From Octopus bimaculoides (Eukaryota): a stretch of DNA of 56,315 bases. Positions 38,696-52,363 of this stretch are shown piece by piece. How positions within the stretch are numbered: the first letter of the stretch is position 1; each line of letters begins with the position of its first letter. The notes below the pieces were generated by a model. It worked only from the letters and a program-made list of their open reading frames with translations. It ran no database searches and had not been told where the DNA came from. The DNA is taken from NCBI RefSeq assembly GCF_001194135.2, contig NC_068984.1, positions 28,052,711 to 28,109,025 of the forward strand. Direction: 5' to 3'. The translations under genes were made by a program, and so were the position numbers.

Positions 38696-39477
38696 CCAAA
38701 GTTTGAAACCATTATTAGACAAGAACATAAGTTCAAATAATTCGTTCAGAAGACATAGCTTTTATCACATCATATCCTCTGTGTGTGTGTGTGTCTGTGC
38801 GTGTGCGCGTGCGCGTACACCATAAGTTAAAAATTTACACCAGCAATAATTCTACTTTATAAAAAATGAATGCTCAATGCAAGAATATGAAAACTTTGTC
38901 ATATTCTAGATGAATCTTTATTACTTTCCTCTTTGTACGAGTCAGTGGTGCTTGTTTTTTTTATTGTTTTGTTTTGTTTTGTGTTCTTTTACGAAATCAG
39001 CTAGCATGTACATATATAGTGAGAGTTTAACCTTTTAGTTTCTTGAATATACACAAATACATACGGGTTCACGCACGCGCGNNNNNNNNNNNNNNNNNNN
39101 NNNNNNNNNNNNNNNNNNNNNNNNNNNNNNNNNNNNNNNNNNNNNNNNNNNNNNNNNNNNNNNNNNNNNNNNNNNNNNNNNNNNNNNNNNNNNNNNNNNN
39201 NNNNNNNNNNNNNNNNNNNNNNNNNNNNNNNNNNNNNNNNNNNNNNNNNNNNNNNNNNNNNNNNNNNNNNNNNNNNNNNNNNNNNNNNNNNNNNNNNNNN
39301 NNNNNNNNNNNNNNNNNNNNNNNNNNNNNNNNNNNNNNNNNNNNNNNAGAACAATGAATAGAACAAGAAAGGAAAGATGGGAAAGAGAGCAAGAAATAAA
39401 GAGAATAAGTGAAAAGAGGAAAAGAAAGAAAGTGAGAAAGACAGATGCTAAAGAAATAAGACTAGAAGGGGAGAACA

Positions 39478-39536
<59 letters not shown>

Positions 39537-39838
39537 AAAGGAAAAAAGAAGGTGTGCTTTAAATATCGGGTGTTTATTGTCGTAAAGTGTTGTTAGATGT
39601 GCAATCTAGATGTTGAATTTCATTTAATACGTGTCAAGGAATTTTAAGTTGGTGTGTCTATGTATGCAACAATCTCTCTTGCAATATCATGCATCGATCT
39701 AGTTAATAATGCAAAGTTACGTGCATATAAATATATACGTACCCATATACAAACACACATACATGCATACAATCGAAAGCGCACTTTAATTTTTGTGTAT
39801 GCGCATATGTGTAATGTCTATGCATTATTATGGATAAA

Positions 39839-40228
39839 GGTGGAGGCGCAATAGCCCAGTGGTTAGGACAGCGGACTCGCAGTCGTAGGAACGTGGTTTC
39901 GATTCCCAGACCAGGCGTTGTGAGTGTTTATTGAGCGAAAACCCCTAAAGCTCCACGAGGCTCCGGCAGGGGATGGTGGCGAACCCTGCTGTACTCTTTC
40001 ACCACAACTTTCTCTCACTCTTACTTCCTGTTTCTGTTGTGCCTGTAATTCAAAGGATCAGCCTTGTCAAACTGTGTCACGCTGAATATCCCCGAGAACT
40101 ACGTTAAGGGTACACGTGTCTGTGGAGTGCTCAGCCACTTGCACGTTAATTTCACGATCAGGCTGTTTCGTTGATCGGATCAACTGGAACCCTCTACGTT
40201 GTAAGCGACGGAGTGCCAACAACGACAA
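39839..40228 (+). mobile_element. Full-length tRNA-derived SINE family B with a 12-bp TSD
   Basis: Head GTGGAGGCGCAATAGCCCAGTGGTTAGG...GGTTTCGATTCCC and a 3' (CAA)-like tail. TSD ATTATGGATAAA at 39827-39838 and 40229-40240. Confidence 0.92.
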
Positions 40229-40399
40229 ATTATGGATAAATATGATTAGTGTTGAGTAAATGAGAGGCAATTGTGCGCAGTGTATATGTATGTTGTGAAA
40301 TATATGTAGAGGTAGCTTGTTCAAATATGTTTGTAGGTGTAAGGCAACTGTGAGCACATGTGCCCAGGGAGTAAGTAGTTACACCTGAATGCCAGTGGG

Positions 40400-42270
40400 T
40401 ATGCGCTGTAAGTTCAGTCTATGTGAATAAATAAGGTGCATAAGATAGTTTACCTGGTTTGTGAACTCCGTGCGTTTGTTTGACAGGGTAGCCTGGAGCA
40501 TAGGAGGGCAAAATGGAGTACAGGAGGTTAAAAATGACCACGAGCTTCCTGCTCGACTGGGAAGACAATTGAGATGAACTATGTGGTGTTATTAATAGTG
40601 AGAGCAATGAGTAGGCAATCCAAAAGGAAAGATAATTCTGTTGTTTGAGATATCGGAAATAATGTGGATAGATGACGTGAAGAGATGATGTGTTGTTTAA
40701 CAGGATGTCTTGTAGGTGTTCAGTGATATGATACGTTAGTCGATTTCTCCAATATATGAGACTAAAAATACAAACACATTTAAGGTCTTAAATGATATTT
40801 CTCGTGGTACAAATGAAACAGTCCGTGATAAAGAAAGGATGTTAATTAAATTCAAGAAAGGCAGTAATATTGTGGGCGTAATAGCATGTTTTATACCAAG
40901 CTTAGGAGCAGGGAAGGAGAAGATCCGATGTGGGGGTGTAGTAGAGCTACAGGCTAAACTGTTGCGCAAATTAAGGCTTCGTTTAAAGAAAGGGATTAAA
41001 GTTTCATAGAATATGGGAATGCGGCAGAGTCTGAATGAAAGAGGCGGAAAGTGTGCACGATGGATTACTGAAAATGTTAGGTATTAAAGTTACAAGAGAT
41101 GAGGAGGAAGAGCATCTGATGGAGGGCAAGGTAAATGCGGATGTGAGCGCGCAAACGCAGTCAACACTATGGCCGCGGATGTGGGCAATACTTTCCACTA
41201 GTCTGGGAATAGCCCCGATGCACGAACTGATAGGCCATCAGATGAAACGTGGTTTCATAATCACGATCATGGTGGTAAATCAATAGGAACTGTGTTGTGG
41301 GGATGGAAAATTATCGGGTGTTCTGGGTAAGAAGAGGTAATGTTAAAGGAAGAGTGGCGGTTGAGTAGGTTAGAGATTTTGCCAGTCAATTGTGACAGAG
41401 ATGTCAAGGATATTTTGTGGGAGGAGATGGTGATGGAATTGAATTCAAGGGTTATGTTAAAAGAATTAATGAAGTTGATAAAGGTTGTGAGCTGAGAATA
41501 AATGAGAGAAATGGCATCGATGCAAACCTCTACATGCCTACTATGCAGATCTTGAGAGGAACCAGTGAACTGAACGATTTGAATATCAGCACAAGCAGCA
41601 AAACATTTAGCACATCTAGGGCAAACATTAGTTCTCTTAACCACCACAGTGCCCTACTGATAAACTTATCCATATGAAGAGAAACGATTCAATATAAGAA
41701 CAAAGTTAGAAAAGAGGAGTGATAAGGTGCTAAGCTCAAAGAATTGTACGAAGGTCCAAGAAGTACTTGAAGGTGAGGTGTTGGAAAAGGTGCAGGGTGG
41801 GGAGTTTAAGTTTCTTAATATGGGAGAGGAGCTGAAATGGGTGATGGCGATTGAGATGGTTGATGAAATAGATCATGGTCTAGGAGAGTTATGGGATGTT
41901 GGCAAGAAGAAAACTGGGAGTGTTGTGGATAGTACGCTTCAATCTGTTGAATCGGAATTGAATGGAGTGAAAGGTGGAGAGTAAGAGAAGTCGGGAGTAC
42001 TGAGTAAGCAAGGGTGAGCCAGCAGAGGTGGGACTAAGGTAGGATGAAAGTGAAGAAGAAAATCATTTGAGAAGAGATTGTGTTGCAGGCCGTAGTTAAG
42101 GGAGACGATGTGGCTTGGCTTGAATACCGAGTCATAATGAGAATATGAGTGATAAGGTGTATGCATATGTGATGGTAGCAGAGACATAGGGATTGTAAAG
42201 TAAAGGTGAAGCAGATGTAAATAGGATTTAAAATGTAATATCAGTTTTTGAAAACATTGCTCCACCTTTA
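40400..42270 (-). mobile_element. Degenerate Penelope-like element (Neptune-type RT + GIY-YIG endonuclease)
   Basis: Minus-strand translation gives VVKRTNVCPRCAKCFAACADIQIVQFTGSSQDLHSRH...QLTTFINFINSF (RT core), DRDYETTFHLMAYQFVHRGYS (thumb), FFKRSLNLRNSL, and YIGEID*R..TEHL (YIG). The order matches PLE domain order. The clade name is an inference. Confidence 0.75.
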
Positions 42271-42744
42271 TTTGAAAATTTAAAATTATTATTTATACTG
42301 ATAAGTACATATTTTATTCATATAGAACCGTTTCTATGCCTATCTACTTACATTTATTTGTATGCGTGTACTGTGATATACACATATACTCTACATGTTC
42401 TCTAATATTTTCCTTGTTCCATCTATTGCAGTCACTTAAAAATTGGAATCAAAAATAATTAGCAGTAACGATTTCTGAATATAAAAACAAGAAACATTAT
42501 TTTCTCTCTGCTATCTTCTTTTTCACATTGAAGTATTATCATATATTTGCTCATAAAGATATATGTGTATTTACATGTACGTACATATTTATATCCATGT
42601 ACATGTATAGCTAAATGCTTACATTCAAACGTACACACACTCACACACACACATGGATACATATGTATAACTATATATATGAATTTATATATAATATATA
42701 TACGTATAATTATATTTATATCTATATTTATATATCACATACAT

Positions 42745-42870
42745 GCGGAAGCACAATGGCCCAGTGGTTAGGGCAGAGGACTCGCTGTCGTAGGATTGCG
42801 GTTTTCTACTCCCAGACCGGGCGTTGCAATTTGCAGGCTGTTCCGCTGAGCGGAACCCTCGGAGTGCCAC
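42745..42870 (+). mobile_element. SINE family B, internally deleted copy (head fused to 3' end)
   Basis: GCACAATGGCCCAGTGGTTAGGGCAGAGGACTCGC...CCCAGACCGGGCGTTG joins directly to CAGGCTGTTCCG...GGAACCCTCGGAGTGCC. Confidence 0.8.
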
Positions 42871-43067
42871 GATTACAGGCATACATACATATTATATAGT
42901 ACTCGATACAAGATGTAAAGGTAGTTAATTTAATCACTGAAACATTAGCTTCAGATATTAAATTAACAATTGCTTAATTTTTCACAAGTTTTGCATGTCT
43001 TTGAATAGTTTTCATGACTTTCATGCATGCATGCATGTATGTGTATGCAAATATACGTATGCGCTCA

Positions 43068-43126
<59 letters not shown>

Positions 43127-43391
43127 GTATATATATACATATATGTACATACACACAAGGATACACATTTATATACATATATGTGTGTATGTATATATGC
43201 TCACACACACAAGTAAATTGTTACGCAGATAAATGTTTGCATACTGCGCACATTGAATGTATGTTTACATATATATGTGTGTGTGTGTGTGTATATATGT
43301 GTTTATCTCTCTCTTCCTCTCCCTTCCTCTCACCTCTCCCTTTCTCTTTCTCTCTCTCTCTCTATATATACATATTTGTATGTATATATAT

Positions 43392-43422
<31 letters not shown>

Positions 43423-43525
43423 CATGCATACATATATATATATATATACATATACATACATATAAATATATATACATACATACACACACATACCCACACA
43501 CATGTACATGTACATNNNNNNNNNN

Positions 43526-43556
<31 letters not shown>

Positions 43557-44511
43557 CATGCATACATATATATATATATATACATATAGGCGCGCGCGCG
43601 ACCTTGTAACCAACGTTATACTGCAAAATTACAAGTCACAGAGCATACTTCAGACAACGAATGTAATGCACAAATCTCGATGTAAACATGAAAGGTGTGA
43701 ACTTAATGACTGAAACTGTTACATTGGACACACAAGTACGACACTTTCACGTCGGTTGATCAAGCAGTTACAGCAAGAAACCATTACAGAACATTACAAA
43801 ACATTATAAAACAGTTCACGGAACAAAATTAGATGACAAAAAATAATCGATAGCTCTACTATTCTACATAGAAATTCACAAAAAGAAAAAAAAAAGATGG
43901 CGTTTGAAAGCTTTATTAATATTAAAGCACAAACCGAAAATCAACACAGTGTTACAGAACACATAACGAATATCAGAGGTTAATTTTTAAGGAATTTGAA
44001 TTCCAGTGACGAAACTTATCTCCGTTATAATCCAGTTCTCCTACTCTTTTGCTACCAATTGCAAAACAGGCCAGATGTATGCCTAGTACTAATATTTCAT
44101 TTCTATGTTGAGTTCTGTTTTTCATATTATTTTCTTAGACCTTTATTTTAAATTTGAAACACTAAGATCAATTGCAGTTTCAAACAATGATTTTTTAAAT
44201 CTATTAGCAACGCTGATAAATTAAAAATATCAGTTTCAAACTACAACTGAACTAAGTAAAATTAATGTTCAAATTTTAAGATAAAGTACTAATAAGGTAA
44301 TCTGGAAAATGTTTCATAAAAAGATGAACTTAAATTAAAGAGAGTGGTTTCTAAAATACAACATAATTGAATGAAAAACCGTATACATATGCACAAATAT
44401 ATACGCACTGACACTATATTTACGCATGTATTTAAACTTATGTGTATGTACGCAAGTGCATGCACACACACTCATATACACATACAACATACATATGTAT
44501 GTATGTATACG

Positions 44512-45000
44512 TACGGAGCCGCCAATCTGTGTTACCCGATGACGATCTGGGTGCAACATCCCCAGGGCTCATGCATCTGTAGAGTTACGAAAAGCACACG
44601 ATCAAACTCTTTTCACTGGTGCTACTACAAATAAACAGCCTTCCGTTCAGCGTGCATGACTTGTACCTTACGTTCTTGTCGAAACCACGTCTCATAATGG
44701 TCTCTGTTACTTTGAGCTATTCGGGGTTGGCCTCCAATATCCTACTGAGGTTGACATTGATTTTCTTTTGAAACTGATGGACGTTCGTGAGTTCTACCGA
44801 CGTCTGATTGCTGAAAATGATTTTTTCTCCAAACTGTGTACGACATATCTCTTGTGTATGACATATCTCCTTCATATCTCCAATGTTTTCTGACTCCGAA
44901 CACGACACCGCTGCTGAAACTTCGATCACAGACTTATTGTGGCTGTCTATGAGCACGATGTTTCATTTTGTTAGGTTGAAATCTGCCATAGTGATGTCGC
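44512..45000 (-). mobile_element. Possible second REL-type non-LTR 3' fragment (R4/Dong/NeSL-like), very degenerate
   Basis: GDITMADFNLTK*NIVLIDSHNKSVIEVSAAVS resembles D..IQTD...N(K/R)PDIVLIDK.NK...IIDVAVP. Later come GTAGGATATTGGAGGCC (resembles VGALGA) and TIMRRGF (resembles RILRRVL). The 3' end abuts (TACA)n. Similarity is weak. Confidence 0.35.
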
Positions 45001-45168
45001 CGATGGAATTGGAGTTAAAATTCGGCGTATAACAGATAACATTACGTTAGCTCGTCTTCTATTCATAGCCCATTACAGATGTGTTCACAAATTCTCGACG
45101 CATCCTATAAAGACATACATTCTTTCTCACTTTCCCTCTCTCTCCCTCCCTCCATCCCCTCCTTTCCC

Positions 45169-45218
<50 letters not shown>

Positions 45219-45673
45219 GTTATGTGCAATCATATTTACACGTGAGCATGGAAAGGCGGCACGCTGTAGAAATTGTCTCAAGAGCAGGAATTCTCCGTAG
45301 TTTCAAACACACAACTAGGCTGTGAACGACGTCAAGATTCTTACATTTTTATGTTGTTAGCTTGCCAAAGTTTTCTACACGTTATCAAGCGTATTATTTG
45401 CTATTCTAACATAGCAGCAAACACCTCTTAGTGGTCGTGAACGACGACTCACTACACGTCGCTGGGGAAGCCTAACGGCGCAGGAACGCGTGCTTCCTAA
45501 TGTCTGATGACGTCAAGTTTGCAACTGATTCCCTACCATATTTGCAGCCCAATCATCGTAAACTACTATAACAATAAAAGTATAGTTGTATGTGTGTGCA
45601 CAGAGAAAAATATATTTATGTATGTACGTATGCATTTATATGTGTGCATGCATATATAGATGTACAAACAGAC

Positions 45674-45713
<40 letters not shown>

Positions 45714-45879
45714 ACTTGGGGATGGTCATATTGCCAGTTTAGCCAATAAAAANNNNNNNNNNAGGTTGCATTGCCTGGATATAGTTCGGCAGGCTGTCTA
45801 TTGACATTCTGTATGTATGTATGTATGTATGTATATAAATATATATATATATATATATATTGTCAGATGTCAAAATGAT

Positions 45880-45966
45880 TGCAAAGCAACATGAATACAA
45901 CGCCCGGTCTTGCAATCGAACCCACGATCTCGAAATCGTGAGTGCCACACCCTAACCACTAAGCCA
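45880..45966 (-). mobile_element. tRNA-derived SINE head
   Basis: Reverse complement TGGCTTAGTGGTTAGGGTGTGGCACTCACGAT...GGGTTCGATTG...ACCGGGCGTTG carries A and B boxes. Confidence 0.8.
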
Positions 45967-47791
45967 TTAAAAATTAAAGCAGAAGCTTGATAAAGAAACG
46001 AACAGATAATTTACACACGGGAATATATACATATATATGTGCTCTCTCTCTCTATGTATACACACACACATACGTATGCATGTATGTATAGATGTATGTA
46101 TGTAGTTGTGTGTGTATGTTCACGCGCGCGGATGCGCGTTGAAAAAGCATTAACATATGTCCGACTAATTTTTAAACACAAGCTTGACTGAGAGAACTGT
46201 AGGAAGGGTGATTAAAGAATGAAATGTAGCTCATATGCTGCAATTTTTGTTCAAGGCATAACAACTTTTTACACCATCTTGAATGACGCTATATAAAGCA
46301 ATATCTGTATAACAACAAAACAAGGATGGTAAATATGATAGCTATGGTAATGATGATGATGATGATGATTCCACTAGAAAGTGTATAGAAAGTGTATATT
46401 TTTATAGAATTCCTTATTTGTTAGACTAAATCCGTTGTCAGTTTTAATACCACCGTTAGCTGGAGTTCAGTGACTTTATCTGACTCATCCGCATTCTAGC
46501 AAGATTTGATCAAAGTTTCAAAATAACTTCTTTTCAACATTTTGAGAGGCTCTGAAGAAGATCATGAGAACTGATTCCATTGTCTATGTCATGTAAATTA
46601 TTTTTTAAATCAAAGTGTTAATAACAAATACAATGGAACCATTCTGCTTCTTTATTTGGTTCTCAACACACTTTTGTTATCACTGCCATCAATTCTAAAA
46701 ATTTCTACATTAGATCAGGTGGATACTGGAAACTGACAGTAACTGTCGCTTGAAATTTAATTTACACTACGATTAGTGGATTAGATTAACATGATATACC
46801 ATTTTCTTGAAATCAAATATAATTTCACACCATGAAATAATAATATAAGTGAAATGTTTTGCTGTATCTTCCTGTAAGAGTAAGGCGCGGATGTAGCTCT
46901 CAACTCCATGGCAACCTAGGTTCTTACGATTCTGATAAGTTAAGGAAAAAAAAAGACAATATCAAAAATCACGATTTTTAATCTTATTGAAATTACGTTT
47001 TCTTTTTGCTTTATTCTTTTAAACTTAATTTCTTACATGCAAAACTAGTCTTGAAGTAAAATTTAATTAAAGAGTAGAACAATGATTACATTTTACTGAT
47101 AAATAAAATAATGTAAGAAGCAATTTTAGATTTTTTTTCATTTTTGTATGTGTTTATATGGAGGGGAAGTATTTGATATAAAAGCATGTAAGAGTGAGCA
47201 AAACGCAGAGAAAAAATATGTAATAATGATTGATCCACTATGGAAAGTGAACGTCAATAAAACGATACAAGCCATACACGAGAAAAAAAAAACAAAAACA
47301 TAAAGTCATGTAGAAATACACCGCCACGAAAAAGCTGTCACCTTCAAGAGAGTAGGTTATCTATGTAAAGAATCAAACTATATAAAACTATGGCAGAATG
47401 GACAATCTACAGTGGAATATACAAGGTAAATAGAGAACAAAAGACGGTGTAATTCGTATGAATTCGAAAATGTTCAGAGTGGGCTATCCTTCTACCAACC
47501 GGTCGAATTGTAACAACGGGAAAGACAAAGAATATCAAAGAGTTGAGCTAAGCTAAGAGTATTGTCTGTAGAAATTTTCCCTTATATATTTAAAGGTTTG
47601 TAGCAGCTCCTTTAGATCACTAATAAAGCCCTTACAGGTGTAATGCTATGCTTTGCAGAATCTAGTGACGTGCTCCACATGTTTAGATATAAGACCTCAA
47701 TTTTATAAAATTAATGGTTCCATACTTGTTACAGATTAACGTTACATATCATCCATACCTTAAAGTAAATTATATTAACAGTTATTGAAAT

Positions 47792-50400
47792 TCACTCCCA
47801 CTGCATGTGCGAAAATACATTTATATGCATGTAGGCATCTTGAGAGAGTCCTTTAGAAATTCTGTTAATGATCTTCTCATTTGTCCACTGAATAGACAGG
47901 GATTCCTCGGAGCAGAGTCGGCATCTACTGGAAATGATATTGTATAGTTTTGCGTGCCTTACTATGGCCAAAGTTATGCTACACTTAATTTTATCTACCT
48001 TCAGTCGCCACACAAAATCGGCCAAACATGTTGAATGTCTTTTATTGATTCTCTTGAAGTTGGCGACATGATTGTGATACCGATTCTTAAACGAATCGAT
48101 CGTTTTCCCGATGCAAACATACGACCCGCCCCTTGTGTGCACGGTACATTTATATACAAGGTTTGTACTCATACAGAGGTTCCTCAACTGACCTTTTAAT
48201 TTCTCTCTGCATGAGCATTTATTATATTTATTTGTATACATGGCAGTTCTGACTTCATTTTACGACGTTGTATCTGTGGTAGCTATATCATAATCATTTC
48301 TACTATCACAATTTGGCCGTATTTGTTGCTTTCCATTGCGGTTTATATCTCCTTCGTTGGTATTTAGATGCGCATGTTTGCTATATCCAGTAGCTGGGTT
48401 ATTGAACTGTTGTCGCATTTTACTATTGTTAATGCGGTACATAATGAATTTGAATAATTGTCAACGTAATTTACTTTAAGGTATGGACGAATTAAGTTTA
48501 GCTTTAACCTCCCTATTCTTATGAACACCAAGTAGCTATTTAATTCGCTATGTGAACGTGTGTGCACGAAACCACACCTGTGTGTATGCTTACATCTTTG
48601 AAGATGCTTGTATGAGCGAGTGTCTATGCGCCATCCAACTTGCGCGAGGGTATTCATATACCCTTATCTGTTAACAGTTATTTTTAATACTTTTCTCGCT
48701 GTATTGCGTGTTCGTTTCTTTTTTGCATCTGTTAATTTATTTTTGATCTTCTATATAAATGACGATATATACCGTTGGTATATTATCGGACCCAAATTCA
48801 AATTGACATCTATAAAATTAAACCTTATGTCAATTTTCAATGGAAATAGACAAACCTTGACCTTAAAATAATTTGAAGAACTTTTCCGGGATTTCCAAGT
48901 TTACATTACTAGATTTATGCACAATAAAGAGAGTGTAGCACCACAGCTCCGGAAATTCGCTATTAATACATTTTAAAATTGAAATTCCCACTAAACCATT
49001 TACTCAAACGGAATCGCTGGAACCTACAATAAAGTGAAACTCATCTGGTCTATCTTTTCTTATCCTGCATTTTCCTTCAAACTCAGTTATACATCCTCTA
49101 GCGCCTAGTATAATCTCTATTTCTTTTTTTAGATGAGCTGGAGATTTCTATTGCCAATGTTAATGCTTTATAAGTGGAGGCGCAATGGCTCAGTGGTTAG
49201 GGCAGTGGACTCGCGGTCGTAGNNNNNNNNNNNNNNNNNNNNNNNNNNNNNNNNNNNNNNNNNNNNNNNNNNNNNNNNNNNNNNNNNNNNNNNNNNNNNN
49301 NNNNNNNNNNNNNNNNNNNNNNNNNNNNNNNNNNNNNNNNNNNNNNNNNNNNNNNNNNNNNNNNNNNNNNNNNNNNNNNNNNNNNNNNNNNNNNNNNNNN
49401 NNNNNNNNNNNNNNNNNNNNNNNNNNNNNNNNNNNNNNNNNNNNNNNNNNNNNNNNNNNNNNNNNNNNNNNNNNNNNNNNNNNNNNNNNAAAGGGTCAGC
49501 TTTATCACACAGTGTCACGCTGAATATCCCCGAGAACTACGTTAAGGCTACACGTGTCTGTGGAGTGCTCAGCCACTTGCATGTTAATTTCACGAGCAGG
49601 CTGTTCCGTTGATCGGATCAACTGGAACCCTCGACGTCGAAAGCGACGGAGTACCAACAAAAATGCTTTATAATGTAAAGTTGGATCAATTGATGCAAAG
49701 TAATTTAGATATATCTAATTGTATAAATTTAATCAGTTTTTTTATCCTTGATATCAGCAAACCAACTTATAACTTCATATGAACTAGACAATAAATTAAG
49801 TTTAATTATGTTTCTAAGTTTAGGTATGTGCTTGTCAATAATAAGTTTACTAATTTTGCCTATATCCGATTTAGAAGGGGATATAAGCCTGACAAAGTGA
49901 TTAGTAAAGTTGGACTTATGAACTTCGGATTAATTCTAGGAGTTTTAGTAACGTAGATTATGTTCTATCTTCTAGATGCAATCCCTTTACTATTTTTTAT
50001 ACCTGTAAGCTAATATTCAACAAGTTATTTTCAGAAATTACATAATAATTTTTCAGACATTCTCTCCTAACCAAAGAATTGAGTTTATAATCCAAATGGT
50101 ATGTATTATCGGTTTTATCCGCGACTTTTTTCGTAGCTCCGTTACTAAAAGGTGTAATTTGTTCATCTTACGTATAGGGAATCGACGGAAGTTTATGTTC
50201 CGGATTACATTCCATTGTTCGTCTTCAAAGCTCTCGAGTTGTAGTGTAGTTGGTAGAATCCTCTGAGATTTAAATATCTACTTTAATCCTTCATCGTTAT
50301 TGATCAGATCATCGTCCTTCGCCTTTCTATCAAAATGATACACCTGCCTATCATGCGGCATATGAAAGAGTTCGTTTTATCTTAACAATTCTGAATGTTT
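47792..50400 (-). mobile_element. Near-full-length degenerate Penelope-like element (N-terminal, RT, GIY-YIG), interrupted by a SINE
   Basis: In minus-strand order: LESFEDEQWNVIRNINFR...ADKTDNTYHLD (~50000-50300); PSKSDIGKISKLIIDK...VISWFADIKDK...FIQLDIS (49700-49900); VGSSDSV*VNGLVG (resembles GSFDGAEVCELVG); KLF*GQGLSISIE; and the GIY-YIG ORF 47792-48241 (CSCREK...NLVYKCTV...CIGKT...FKNRYHNH...CRLCSEE). This lineage differs from the other two PLEs in the window. Confidence 0.88.
49174..49661 (+). mobile_element. SINE family B inserted into the PLE RT, 12-bp TSD, internal N gap
   Basis: TSD AATGCTTTATAA at 49162-49173 and 49662-49673. Head and tail match 39839-40228. Confidence 0.92.
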
Positions 50401-50529
50401 TCTATCATTCGATGTGGTCAGCAAAATCTGGATATTATATTAGAGTGTTCATATGATACTTGCCCGATTTCAAACTCCTATTCTTTTACGTTATATATAT
50501 ATGTGTGTGTGTGTGTATGTGTGTGTATG

Positions 50530-50940
50530 TACTTTATTCTTCTATTCTTATACTTGTTTCAGTTATTTGACTGCGGCCATGCTGGAACACAGCCTTAAAG
50601 GGCTTTAGTCGAAGAAATCGATCTCTTTGTAAGTACTTATTCTATCAGTCTCTTTTTCTGAACCGCTAAGTTACGGATCATAAACACACCATCATCAGGT
50701 GTCAAGTAATAACAAGTGGACACATGCACACACACACACACACACGCACACACACACACACACACTCACTCATATGACGAGCCTCCTTCAGTTTCCGTCT
50801 ACCAAATCCACTCACAAGGCTTTGGTTGACCCGAGGTTATCTAGTAGAAGACACTTGCCCAAGGTGTCACGCAGTGGGACTGAACCTGGAACCATACGGT
50901 AGGGAAACAAGCTTGTTACCCCACATCCACGCCTGCGCGC
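50530..50940 (-). mobile_element. Full-length SINE family A (head + internal (TG)n + 3' half)
   Basis: The 3' half (50530-50720), the CA tract (50727-50770) and the head (50780-50935) form one continuous unit. Confidence 0.9.
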
Positions 50941-51810
50941 GCGCGCGTGTGTGTGTGACGGACAGGGTGGTCATAGCTGAAATCATTTTATGATAGATAT
51001 ACTGAGACAGGGTCAGGTTGGGGTTAAGCAACAGCTAGAGCATAAGCTATCAACAGTTTCCTTGTGGTTGCTTGATCTGTTAAAATTGCACAATTACAAC
51101 TAGCAGCTGAATGACCCTCATATTATAATCTGCTATCTTTAGAAACGACACATTCAGCAATGTAGTCCCTGGTGTACAAAAAGATAAAGGTTGGAGTGCC
51201 TTTCATCACAGATTTTACTCAATCAGTGTTGACTCGGTGCTAAACAACAAAACCTAGGGTAGGAATGTTTAATTTTCCCCCCTATTCTACCTAAACTTAC
51301 GGCAAATACCTTAGGCCATCTACTTAACTGCAATTTAAAATTTTACCTATCTTCAGAATTAACCAATTTCCTATACGAATCTGAACTTATTTTTCATGCG
51401 CTTCTAACAAATAGCCCTACTCGAAATCAAACCAGGACTGTTTAAGCTTCAAAGTCAAAACTACTGGCAAATGATATCATATTTGATTATATTCCTGAAC
51501 TCTGAACACCTTCAGATATATTTTTTTCCCAACTACTCATCATTAAAGTTAGTTTTTGATAGGTGTTGACGGACAAAAAGAAATGTTCAATTTATGCACC
51601 GAAAAGACTTATAGAATGTTCTAGAATCCAGAACATTTTTAGTGAGACTATAAAAACCTCGAAGTTCATTTCTCTATCAAGATTATTCTTGTCGCTAAAG
51701 GCTATGATCTACGTTAATAAGAAATTTCAACTCTCATCTTTTGGAAATGTCATTAAATTTCATTCATACACATAACACATGAAATTACAAAAAATTGTAT
51801 TAATGTACAT

Positions 51811-51897
51811 GTATATAAAAAGGCTAATGTATATAAAAATGTAATGTCTATCAAAATGTAATGTATATAAAAATGCTAATGTATATAAAAATGCTAA
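51811..51897. repeat. Minisatellite, about 5 units of 17-18 bp (GTATATAAAAATG(C)TAAT)
   Basis: Read directly from the sequence. Confidence 0.85.
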
Positions 51898-52129
51898 AGA
51901 TAATTCTTTGTTCCCTACATTTTTATTGCTATAGAATCTTCAATAACAAACAAATACAAGCTTAATCACCAGATTTATAATTTTATATTCTTTTATATTG
52001 TTTTATTCGAACTTAGGTTTTTAACCAGTACTTTTTAAAAACTTTGCAAGTAAAATTGATCCCACAATTTCCTAAACTATTTTTCTAGGGTAATATGCTA
52101 AAGTAAACAAAGTATACGCTGATTTTCTA

Positions 52130-52300
52130 GCATTAGCACTAAGCCTTAAATTTGGAGGATCAATAGAATCGATTACATCGACGTCGAAGCTAAACTAATA
52201 CTTATTTTATTGACCTCAAAAGGATAGAAGGCCAAGTTTATCGCAAATGCATTTGAGCTCAAAATGAAAAGATATGTGTCTCAAGAAGCAGAAGGCATTC
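52130..52300 (-). mobile_element. Old SINE family C copy
   Basis: GAATCGATTACATCGAC...TACTTATTTTATTGACCTCAAAAGGATAGAAGGCCAAG...TTTGAGCTCAAAA resembles the reverse complement of the family C body. Confidence 0.6.
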
Positions 52301-52363
52301 CGCTGATTCAGTCAAAGAGCCTAGCTATAAGTGAATATCTTATTGCAGTAAGTGGGGCAGTCG

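Noticed and set aside
41035-41984. Plus-strand ORFs of 83-86 aa
   Set aside because: They are antisense to the degenerate PLE RT and have no independent coding signal.
42974-43713. Many YI/HT/CV-rich ORFs (also 5850-6525, 14156-14625, 33604-34014)
   Set aside because: They are translations of (TA)n, (CA)n and (TACA)n microsatellites, which lack stops in several frames.
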